Shown here one piece after another: positions 1-10,583 of a DNA stretch of 64,000 nucleotides. Source of the DNA: Raja brachyura (Eukaryota). The notes under the pieces are model-generated. The model was not told the origin of the DNA. It was given only the letters and a program-made list of their open reading frames with translations, and ran no database searches. Made by a program: the position numbers and the translations under genes. The DNA is taken from assembly GCA_963514005.1 (NCBI GenBank), contig OY740824.1, positions 2,294,001 through 2,358,000 on the forward strand, in the 5' to 3' direction. Each line of letters starts with the position of its first letter. The stretch's first letter is position 1.

Positions 1-350
1 CATACTGGCGCTCCAGAAATCTCCTCTACTACTGCCCACCAATATTGGAATTGGTGGAGAGGTGTAATATTACGTTGGGGTAACAGCCCTCCAGTGTGAA
101 CACTTAGTCTAGTATACAAATATAATTGACAAACGCAAGTGCAATACATAGAGCAAAGGGGGGGGGGGCTACACACAGTGTAGAATATTGTTATCAGCAT
201 TGTAGCATACCAGGTTCATAGACAAAATGTTTCAGTCTCAGGAGGGCACTGACATACAACACCACAGGTCAGAATCTTAAGTAGGGCTCCACACCAAAAT
301 GCCACCTGTCCTTGTGCCTTGATAACTGATACCCGAACCAAAGTTCTTGA

Positions 351-662
351 ATTTAGTTTGGAGATACAGCGCGGAAACAGGCCCTTCAACCCACCGACCC
401 GCGATCCCCGCACATTCTACACTCACTAGGGACAATTTTTACATTTACTAAGCTAATTAACCTACAAGACCTAATTAACCGACACACTTGTACGTCTTTG
501 GAGTGTGGGAGGAAACCGAAGATCTCGGAGTAAACCCACACAAGAAACGGGGAGAACGTACAAACCCCGTACAGACAGAACCCGTAATGAGATCGAACCC
601 GGGTCTCCAGCGCTGCATTCGCTGTAAGGCAGCAACTCTACCGCTGCGCCTTCGTGACCGCC
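351..662 (-). mobile_element. tRNA-derived V-SINE (HE1-like)
   Basis: Minus strand has a tRNA-like head (GGCGCAGCGGTAGAGTTGCTGCCTTACAGC...CCCGGGTTCGATC), the V-domain TTCGGTTTCCTCCCACACTCCAAAGAC and a LINE-like tail GGGCCTGTTTCCGCGCTGTATCTC(CAAACTAAA). Confidence 0.85.
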
Positions 663-754
663 TTCCAGCGCTTTGTTTTATTTGATTAAAGATAATGCAT
701 TTTCTCTTACAGTACATTGCGGCAGTGAGGTATGCGCATGTGTTAATCGATGAA

Positions 755-973
755 AGACGCAAAACGCTGGAGCAACTTACCGGGTCAGGCAGGGTATCTC
801 TGGATGAATGAACTGGGTGAAGTTTCGTGTTGAGATCCTTCTTCAGATTGAAAGTCAGGGGAGAGGGAAACATCTGTTCCTGTGCCTTTTCTCCTGAGAT
901 GCTGCCTGACCCGCTGAGTTGCTCCAACATGTTGTGTCTATCTTTGGCATGAACCAGCATCTGCAGTTCCTTC
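755..973. mobile_element. Short inverted-repeat remnant of Penelope terminal repeat
   Basis: CTGGAGCAACTTACCGGGTCAGGCAG...ATCTC is inverted against GAGATGCTGCCTGACCCGCTGAGTTGCTCCA; same sequence as the Penelope ends at 14321-14420 and 50711-50845. Confidence 0.6.
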
Positions 974-1309
974 CCCCACTTTGAATTGATGAAGTCGGAT
1001 GGTGCAGAACGTCCTGTTCTCCGTTCATCATGCGCCCACATTGTGCTTCGGAGTGCCTTAAGAAGTCATTTTGAATTGTGACAGGCAGAGGAATTTGTTC
1101 CCATTGATGCTCCAGGAGATTATCGACCATCCCTAATTCCCAACTCTGTTGTGGGACTGTAAAGCTCTCTGTCACAAAGACCCAGCCGGGTCACTGCATT
1201 CACTGCTCCATATGTCCGGGAGGTCCATCCCTGAGCCCCATCTTCACTTTCTTATTTGACGTGACTCTGTCCTGCTACTTCACAATATCTTCCTTATTAA
1301 TGTTGTCGT

Positions 1310-2980
1310 TCAGTTGGAAATGATACAGGCTAGATTAACCAGGATGCCCAGGCTGCTTCTTGAGTTATATGGGGAGGTTAGGTAGGCTGCGATATGTTTC
1401 CGTTGGTGTGGAAGAGAATGAGGGCTGACTTTACTGAGGTGTGCAAGACAAAGAGATGCTGGGATAAAGGGAACACAGCCTTGTTTTCCTGGATAAATGA
1501 TCCATAAACTGGAGGGTGTAGGCTTGAGGGGAGATGGGAGTAATTTAGGACCCTGGAGAGCAGTCCATATCTGGAACACAATGCCAGAGGATGCTGGAAA
1601 AGCGGATAACATTAGGGATTTCAAAAGGCATTCAGACAGATGAGTACATAGAAACATACAACATAGGTGCAGGAGTAGGCCATTCGGCCCTTCGAGCCTG
1701 CACCGCCATTCTATATGATCATGGCTGATCATCCAACTCAGTATCCTGTACCTGCCTTCACTCCATACCCCCTGATCCCTTTAGCCACAAGGGCCACATC
1801 TAACTCCCTCTTAAATATAGCCAATGAACTGGCCTCAACTACCTTATGTGGCAGAGAATTCCACAGATTCACCACTATCTGTGTGAAAAATGTTTTTCTC
1901 ATCTCAGTCCTAGAAGACTTCCCCCCCCCCCCTATCCTTAAACTGTGATCCCTTCTGGATTTCCCCAACATCGGGAACAATCTTCCTGCATCTAGCCTGT
2001 CCAAACCCTTAAGAATGCTGTAAGTCTCTATAAGATCCCCCCTCAATCTTCTACATTCCAGCGAGTACAAGCCGAGTCTATCCAGTCTTTCTTCATATGG
2101 AAGTCCTGCCATCCCAGCAATCAGTCTGGTGATGCTTCTCTGTACTCCCTCTATGGCAAGAATGTATTTCCTTAGATTAGGAGACCAAAACTCTACGCAA
2201 TACTCCAGGTGTGGCCTCACCAAGACCCTGTACAACTGCAGTAGAACCTCCCTGCTCTTGTACTCAAACCTTTTGCTATGAATGCCAACATACCATTCGC
2301 TTTCTTCACTGCCTGCTGTACCTGCATGCCTACTTTCAATGACGGGTGTACCATGACACCCAGGTCTCGTTGCATCTCCCTTTTTCCTAATCGGCCACCA
2401 TTCAGATAATAGTCTACTTTCCGGTTTTTGCCACCAAAGTGGATAACCTCTCATTTATCCACATTGTACTGCATCTGCCATGCATTTGCCCACTCACCCA
2501 ACCTATCCAAGTCACCTTGCAGACTCCTAGCATCCTCCTCACAGTTAACACTACCCCCCAGCTGTGTGTCATCCGCAAACGTGGAGATGTTGCATTCAAT
2601 TCCCTCATCCAGATCATTAATATATATTATAAATAGCTGGGGTCCCAGCACTGAGCCTTGCGGTACCCCACTAGTCACTGCCTGCCAATCTGAAAATGAC
2701 CCGTTTACTCCTACTCTTTGCTTCCTGTCTGCCAGCCAGTTCTCTATCCACATCAATACTGAAGCCCCAATACCGTGTGCTTTAAGTTTGTATACTAATC
2801 TCTTATGTGGGACCTTGTCGAAAGCCTTATGAAAGTCCAGATATAAGACATCTTATGTATAACACATAGGAGGGGCTTACATGGCCAAATGCAGGTATAT
2901 GGCCCGAGCTCACAATTGCCACTTGGTTGGTATGGACAATGTGGGCTGAATGGCCTCTCTCCCTGTGGTATACTGCTCTA
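1310..2980 (+). mobile_element. Old CR1 LINE 3' end, split by a younger antisense CR1
   Basis: Degenerate CR1 3' region at 1310-1645 resumes at ~2862-2980 (GGCCAAATGCAGG...GGGCTGAATGGCCT). Confidence 0.6.
1646..2840 (-). mobile_element. CR1 LINE 3' fragment (RT C-terminus plus tail)
   Basis: Minus ORFs contain VTSGVPQGSVLGPQLF, FADDTQLGG, LVRPHLEYCV and RRLRGDLIETY; microsatellite tail at 1646-1665; frameshifted. Confidence 0.92.
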
Positions 2981-3076
2981 CCACGTGACTCCAGTAAATC
3001 CATCGCCAAGGTTGGCGAGGGTTCCGTTTCCATGCTGTACAGATCTATAACTACTTGTCTCCACTGCTCTTCACAG

Positions 3077-3248
3077 CAAGTCATCAAACGCACGAAGAAA
3101 GGAAGCCGTGCGGCCGGTTCCACACTTCTCCTCAACCTGGTGACTGAGAAAGAGCCACGGGTCCGTAAACTGATATGGAAATGCTTCGTAAAAATGCACC
3201 ACCTGCTCCCCAAACTGGAGGAATTGCTGAAAGCAATGGGGGAAAAAG
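3077..3248 (+). CDS. NLR exon, N-terminal helical (death-fold-like) domain part
   Basis: ttcacAG|CAA...AAAG|GTacag; encodes QVIKRTKKGSRAAGSTLLLNLVTEKEPRVRKLIWKCFVKMHHLLPKLEELLKAMGEK; phase 0 to phase 1. Confidence 0.75.
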
Positions 3249-3329
3249 GTACAGGATATGTTTCTATAGAGAATTTGATATTTTTGTCAAAATGCCACTC
3301 AGACTCATTTCACGAACTGATTCCAACAG

Positions 3330-3395
3330 GTTCTGATCTGATCAAATTGTTCAAAGACATGAAGGTTTCCTCGGAACTACCGGCTGATCTGAAAG
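3330..3395 (+). CDS. NLR linker exon (66 bp)
   Basis: ccaacAG|GTTCT...GAAAG|GTatt; GSDLIKLFKDMKVSSELPADLK; phase 1-1, joins D-IQQKH of the NACHT exon. Confidence 0.7.
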
Positions 3396-3415
3396 GTATT
3401 CAATTGCATGTTTTG

Positions 3416-3705
3416 TTTAGTTCAGGGATACGGCATGGAAACATGCCATTCTTCCCAGTGCGTACACGCCATCCATCAATCACCCTTTCACACTAGTCCT
3501 ATTGTATCCCATGTTTATATCAACTTGCAGTCTAGAGACAATTTGCAGAGGTCCAATTAACCTACGTCTGTGCGGTGTGAGAGGAAGGTGAAGGACTCTG
3601 GGGGAAAAAACCCTCACGGTTACAGGGAGAAGTTGCAAACTACACAGAAACAGCACAGGAGATCAGGATCGAACCTGGGTCTTAGGCACTGTGAGGCAGC
3701 TGGTC
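3416..3705 (-). mobile_element. Degenerate V-SINE
   Basis: AATTAACCTAC...GGGAGAAGTTGCAAACTACACAGAAACAGCAC...GGATCGAACCTGGGTC...CTGTGAGGCAGC matches the 351-662 copy. Confidence 0.65.
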
Positions 3706-4010
3706 TTCCAGGTCTCCCAGCTTTCTCCAACCATCCCCACTTTAAACAGCTTGAAGAGGTTTCCTGACATGACATATCTCATATCCTTGTTCTCCAGGCA
3801 TGCTGCCTGACCTGATGAGTTACTCCAGTACTATCCTATTTTTCTGTAAATCTGCAGCGTGAATTTGTGATTCTCATACTGAATGTCCAGTGGGTGAATG
3901 CATACCATATTCTTTCTTCACCACTCTATCAACTTTGTCGGCACTTGGTCAGGGGTTATGAGTTTGCACCACAAGGATCAGTACATCAACACTGCTCAGA
4001 GCATTGTCAG

Positions 4011-5100
4011 TAGACAATAGGTGCAGGAGGAGGCCATTCGACCCTTCGAGCGAGCACCGCCATTCAATGTGATCATGGCTGATCATCCCCAATCAGTACC
4101 CCATTCCTGCCTTCTCCCCATATCCCCTGACTCTGCTGTTTTTAGGAGCCCTATCTAGCTCTCTCTTAAAGCATCCAGAGAACCGGCCTCCACCGCCCCT
4201 CTGAGGCAGAGAATTCAACAGACTCACAACTCTCTAGATGAAAAAGTGTTTCCTCGTCTCTAAATGACTTGCCCCTTATTCTTAAACTGGCACCTTGTTC
4301 TGGACTCCCCCAACATTGCGAATATGTTTCTTGCCTTTTGAGTGTCCAAACCCTTAATAATCTTATATGATTCAATAAGATCCCCTCTCATGCTTCTAAA
4401 TTCAAGAGTATACAAGCCCAGCCGATCCATTCTCTCAGCATATGACAGTCCCGTCACCCCTGGAATTAACCTTGTAAACCTACGCTGCACTTCCTCAATA
4501 GCAAGAATGTCCTTCCTCACATTTGAAGACCAAAACTGCACGCAATACTCCAGGTGTGGTCTCACTAAGGCCCTGTACAACAATAGAAGGACCTCTTGGC
4601 TCCTATACTCACCTCCTCTTATTATGAAGGCCAACATGTCATTTGTTTTCTTCACTGCCTGCTGTACCTGCAGGTTTACTTTCATTGACTGATGAATAAG
4701 GACTCCCAGATCCCGTTGTACTTCCACTTTTCCCATCTTGACACCATTTAGATAATAATCTGCCTTCCAGTTTTTGCTACCAAAGTGGATAACCACATTT
4801 ATCCACATTAAACTGCATCTGACATGCATCTGTCCACTCCCCCAACTTGTCCAAGTCGCCCTGCATTCTCATAGCATTCTCCTCACTGTTCACACTGCCA
4901 CCCAGCTTTGTGTCATCTGCAAATGTGCTAATGTTACTTGTAATTCCTTTATCTAAATCATTGATGTGTATTGTAAATAGCTGCAGGCCCAGCACCGAGC
5001 CTTGCGGTACCCCACGAGTCAATGCCTGCCATTCTGAAAGGGACCCGTTAATCCCTACTCTTTGTTTCTTGTCTGCCAACCAATTTTCTATCCATGTCAG
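4011..5100 (-). mobile_element. CR1 LINE 3' fragment (intronic)
   Basis: RT motifs GVPQGSVLG, FADDTKLGG, LVRPHLEYCVQFW; tail TAGACAATAG at 4011. An older CR1 remnant continues to ~5660. Confidence 0.9.
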
Positions 5101-5679
5101 CAACCTTATCTATTCCTCTCTTGATTGTATACACATCTATAAGATCATTCCTCATCCTCCTGTGCTCAAGGAATAGAGTCTCAGCCTACTCAAACTCTCC
5201 CTCTGGCTCAGACGCTACAGTCCAGGCAACATCCTCGTAATTCTTCTCCTTACCCTTTCCAGCTTGATAACATATTTCCTCCAACATGTCCCGCAACTCC
5301 ACCAATTATGGTTGTGTCTGGAAATTTACGAAGCAGCCTATCTATATTTACGGCCAAGTCATTTTCATACATCATAAACAGCGAAGTTCCGAGCACAGAT
5401 CACTGCGGACCCCAATCACATACATCGAGCCAGAATAACTCCCTTCCAACACATCCATCTGTCCTGCATCAGTAAAACAGTTCTGAATACAACCGAACAA
5501 TTCATCGTGAATCTAGTGAATCTTAATCTTATAGATCAGCCCCAATGATGGGGTTTATTAAATGCATGTCAAAAGTCCATGTCAAAACATCCATTGTCCG
5601 TCTTTCATCAATCACCTACATCACCTCCTCAAAAACACAGTTGTTCATATGACATGACCTGTCGTGAAGAAAGATTCTA

Positions 5680-7780
5680 AGGGGAGTAGGAGGCTGACAA
5701 GATGTATAACACAGCAAAGAGTAGCCGGAAGCCAGAGGATTGGGAAACTTTCATAGGACAACAGAAGGAAACAAAATGAGCAATACGGGCTGAAAAGATG
5801 AAGTACGAAGGGAAGCTGGCCAGGAATATAAAGAAGGACAGTAAAAGCTTCTTTAGATATGTTAAGGGAAAACTAGTAGCAAAGGCAAATGTGGGTCCCT
5901 TGAAGGCAAACACGGGTGAAATTATTATGGGCAACAAGGAAATGGCAGAAAAGTTGAATAGGTACTTCGGATCTGTCTTCACTAAGGAAGACACAAACAA
6001 TCTCCTAGAGTTCTGGAGCACAGATGATCTAAGGGGGTAGAGGAACTGAAAGACATTTTCATTAGGCGAGAAATAGTATTGGGTAGGCTAATGGGACTGA
6101 AGAATGATAAATGCCCCTGGGCATGATGGTCTGCATCCCAGGGTCCTCAGGGAGGTGGCTCTAGAAATAATGGACGCATTGGTGATCATTTTACAATGTT
6201 CAATAGATTCAGAATCAGTTCCAGTGGATTGGAGGATAGCTAATGTTATCCCACTTTTCAAGAAAGCAGCGAGGGAGAAAACGGGGAATTACAGACAAGT
6301 TAGCCTGACTTCGGTGGTGGGAAAGATGCTGGAGTCAATTATTAAAGAGGTAATAATGTGGCATTTGGATAACAGTAAAATAATTAGTCCAAGTCAACAT
6401 GGATTTATGAAAGGGAAATCATGCTTGACTAATCTACTTGAATTTTGTGAAGATGTGACAAGTAAAATGGATGAATGGGAGCCAGTGGATGTAGTGTATC
6501 TAGACTTTCAGAAAGCCTTTGATAAGGTCCCGCACAGGAGACTGGTGACCAAAATTAGAACACGTGGTATTGGGGGTAGGGTGTTGACATGGATAGAAAA
6601 TTGGTTGGCAGACAGGAAGCAAAGAGTAGGAGTGAACGGGTCCTTTTCAGAATGGCAGACAGTGGCGAGTGGAGTGCCGCAAGGCCCGGTGTTGGGGCCC
6701 TAACTGTTTACCATATATATTAATGATTTGGAAGAGGGAATTAGGAGCAACACTAGCAAGTTTGCGGATGACAAAGCTGGGTGACAGTGTGAACTGTGAA
6801 GAGGATGTTAGGAGGTTTCTGGGTGACCTGAACAGGTTGAGTGGGTGGGCAGATGCGTGGCAGATGCAGTATAATATAGATAAATGTGAGGTTATCCACT
6901 TTGGCGGCAAAAACAAGGGGGCAGATTATTATCTCAATGGGGTTAGGTTAGGTAAAGGGAAGGTGCAGCGAGACCTGTGTGTCCTTGTTTACCAGTCACT
7001 GAAAGTTGGCATGCAGTTACAGCAGGCAGTGAAGAAAGCTAATGGAATGTTGGCCTTCACAACAAGAGGATTGCAGTATAGGAGTAAAGAGGTTCTCCTG
7101 CAGTTGGACAGGGCCCTGGCGAGACCAGAACTGGAGTATTAAATACATTTTTGGTCTCCTAATTTGATGAAGGGCATCCTTGTGATTAAGGCAGTGCAGT
7201 GTAGGTTCACAAGATTGATCCCTGGGATGGCGGGACTGTCATATGAGGAACGATTTAGTTGAGAAGGATGAGGGGGGGGGGGGGGGTTCTTATAGAAACA
7301 TATAAAATTATAAAAGGACTGGACAAGCTAGATGCAGGAAAAATGTTCCCAACGTTGGGCGAGTCCAGAACCAGGGGCCACAGTCATATAATAAAGGGGG
7401 GGGGGGTATTTAAGACTGAGGTGAGAAAAAAAATGGAATATGGGGAGAAGGCAGGGACGGATTATTGAGTGGGGACGATCAGTCCTGAACATCATGAACG
7501 ATGGTGCTGGCTCGAAGGGGTGAATCATAGAAAATAGGTGCAGGAGCAGGCCATTCGGCCCTTCGAGCCTGCAGCGCCATTCAATATGATCATGGCTGAT
7601 CATCCAACTCAGTATCCTATACCTGCCTTCTCTCCATACCCCCAGATCCCTTTAGCCACAAGGGCCACATCTAGCTCCCTCTTAAATATAGCCAGTGAAC
7701 TGGCCTCAACTACCTTCTGTGGCAGAGAATTCCATAGACAAATGGCCTCCTCCTGCACCTATTTTCTATGGTTCTATGTT
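5680..7780 (+). mobile_element. CR1 LINE ORF2 (RT) to 3' tail, frameshifted; antisense CR1 3' end nested at ~7526-7740
   Basis: APGHDGLHPRVLRE, NYRQVSLTSVVGK, QHGFMKGKSCLTNL, YLDFQKAFDKVPH, GVPQG; the tail resumes at 7741 (AATGGCCTCCTCCTGCACC...TTCTATGTT). Confidence 0.92.
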
Positions 7781-8407
7781 TCAAAGTCACGCTGACTTTC
7801 CCTAGTAGTCATATTCTACTCCATGTGCGAGCAAAACATATTCCAACAATCCCTCCCCAATGACTCCCCATCCACGGACGAGGTTCATTTCTTGGTTCAT
7901 CTTTACTTCCTTCACATTCCTTCACCTTAAACAAAGGAGCAACCCTGGGTACTCTCCAGTCCTCTGCGATTATGAACAGACAGATCATTGATCGTCTCAA
8001 ACATTGGAAGTACACTATCTAATTAATGACGGCACGGCGGAATAATGCACACCACCCGCTTTCCGGGAAACTCTTTCATTCCCGCGTTGATTACGCTTGC
8101 ATTTTGAATTGTAGCGATAGATTTATACTATCACACAGCACGGAAACAGGATCTTCTATCTAATTTGTCCATACCGACCAAAATTCCTCATTTAAGCTCT
8201 CTCTCCCGACCAGCCCGAATTGCCCAATATTCCTCTAAACCTTTCCAATCCATGGACTTGTCCAAATATTATTAGATATAACTATCAGATATCATATATT
8301 CAATTACACAGTCAAGTAATAACCGTAATATTAGAATTCGTGCATGTGTTTTTCTTTGCGTGATGAATCTAATTTCTGGACCTCGTGTTTATCTCACCTG
8401 ATAAAAG

Positions 8408-10142
8408 ATATTCAGCAGAAGCACATGGAGACACTGAAGGAACAGACTGAAACACTGAGCGTCAACACCATCCTGATGGCGGAGAAGGTTAAGGTTTTCC
8501 AGCTGCTTGATCGATACGCCAAGCTCACGGTCATCTCCACTGTCCGAGATCGGGCACTGGTGGAACACGAGCTGCTGGCAAGAGGCCGGGACCATGAAGA
8601 GTGGAGAGCGGAACATATCGGGGGAGAGTTTGATAAAATCCGAACTGATCAGTTATTCCAGAACATTTCGGCGAGCAAATCCAAATCTGGGAGTTCGTCT
8701 GCCGTGGCCGGAGTTCCGGGGATCGGAAAAACAACAATGGTGCAAAAGATTGTTCATGACTGGGCCACGGGGAAAATATTCCAAAACTTCCAGTTTGTCT
8801 TCAGTTTCAAATTCCGGGATTTAAACAAGATTAAAGACAGAATAACCCTGAAGGAACTGATTCTGGAGCAATATCCTTACTTTGGGAATATGCTAGGAGA
8901 GGTCTGGAAGAACCCAGAGGGATTGCTGTTTATATTCGACGGTCTGGATGAATTCAAGGATAGAATCGATTTTGCTGACAGTCGGAGAGACACAGAACCT
9001 AAGCACCAGTGCCCAGATCCCGAGTGGTGGTGTGAAGTGTCTGATATTGTGTACAGTTTAATCCAGCACAAGCTGCTCCCAGGATGTTCAGTGCTAGTGA
9101 CCACCCGCCCCACTGCGTTACATTTACTGGAAAAGGCAGAGATCAGTGTCCGGGCTGAAATCCTGGGATTTGTTGGTGAGGAACGGAAGGAATATTTCAC
9201 CAGGTATTTTGAAGATCAGACGGTGGCAGCAGCTGTTTTCAAACACGTGAAGGAGAACGAGATCCTGTACACCATGAGCTACAACCCCTCCTACTGCTGG
9301 ATCCTCGGCCTGACACTGGGCCCCTTCTTCACACAAACACACCGGGACCCACAGCGAGTTCCCAAGACCATCACCCAACTATATTGCTATTTTATTTATA
9401 ACATCCTGAAAAACCACGGCCGTGAGATTGAGAGCCTCCGTGAGGTGTTACTGAGGGTTGGTCAGATGGCCTTCACTGGAGTGGCTGAGAAGAACATTGT
9501 GTTCACAGATGAAGATTTGATCAAATACAATCTGCAGCCTTCCCAGTTCCTGTCCGGGTTCCTGATGGAACTTTTGGAGAGAGAGGATTCAGCCCGGAGC
9601 GTGGTGTACACCTTCCCGCACCTCACCATCCAAGAGTTTGTAGCCGCACTCGCACAATTCATGTCTCCAAATCGCAGGGATATCACGACACTCCTCATTG
9701 AAGCCCATGGCATGACAGACGGGTGATTTGAAGTATTTCTCCGTTTTGTCGCTGGTCTCTCCTCCCCACGGGCAGCTTGGATCCTGGAGGATTTTCTGGG
9801 TCAATTCCCTCATCAAACAATCTGCAGAGTGATTGACTGGGTGAAGGCGGAGGTTAAACGGCGGGCTGGAAACACAAGGAGTGACGCTGATAAACGGAGC
9901 CTCCTGAACACGCTGCACTACCTGTTTGAGTCTCAGAATCCTGTACTGGCTCAGCAGACACTGGGATCTGTGGAAACACTTTCATTCAGTGGACTGGGAC
10001 TGACGCTGATTGACTGTGCGGTCCTGTCTCATGTCATCAGGCCCTGTGATACAATCAAACACCTCCATCTGGAGAGCTGCCGCATTCAGTGTGACGGTCT
10101 CCAGCGGCTGGGATCGGTTCTGCACAAGTGTCAGGAATTGAG
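8408..10142 (+). CDS. NLR NACHT exon (NBD, HD1, WHD, HD2, first LRR) with nonsense codon at 9724
   Basis: Walker A GVPGIGKTT (~8710), Walker B LLFIFDGLDE, sensor VLVTTR, WHD FPHLTIQEF. ORFs 8344-9726 and 9829-10146 share a frame and the gap reads DG*FEVFLRFVAGLS. Donor AG|GTaaat. Confidence 0.93.
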
Positions 10143-10583
10143 GTAAATATCCGTTTGACACTTACACTGAACTGTAAAATTGTTTCACTATTTTGTTATT
10201 CCGCTCAGCACCCCTTCTATGGGGCCGAGCGGCCGTCACTGTACACGGGGAGCACCCCTCCTATTTTACCCTCCCTCCCCTGGGTCGCCGGTGATCGTCT
10301 CCATTCCCCTCATCTCCCCCGGGTCACAAGTGGTCGACCCCTTCCCCCGGGTCGCGCGTGTTGCCTGCCCTGCCGCCGTTCTCTGCATGGGGAACATTTC
10401 CCGGTCGTCGGTCGGGGAATGAGAATAAATGGCGAAAGTCACCAAACACCACAACCAAAGAGATTTGTTCAATAATGTGCTGAGGTGTTTCCATAAATAT
10501 CCGTTTGGGAGAGGTTATCTATCTCAGCCTCGCCGGGGTGTTTCTTACTCTGTTTGTTTCTTACTCTAGCTGTTTGTGTTTAG

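Noticed and set aside
575-662. tRNA gene
   Set aside because: A/B-box-like sequence is the head of a SINE continuing into the V-domain and LINE tail.
2927-3496. 189-aa ORF as a stand-alone gene
   Set aside because: It starts in a CR1 tail and ends in a SINE; only the two internal exons are plausibly coding.
8344-8407. ATG 8344 as NLR start codon
   Set aside because: It lies in intron-like sequence before an AG acceptor at 8406-8407 whose phase matches the upstream exon.
9724-9726. TGA as selenocysteine
   Set aside because: The position looks like an Arg codon hit by CpG decay, no SECIS was recognised, and NLRs are not known selenoproteins.
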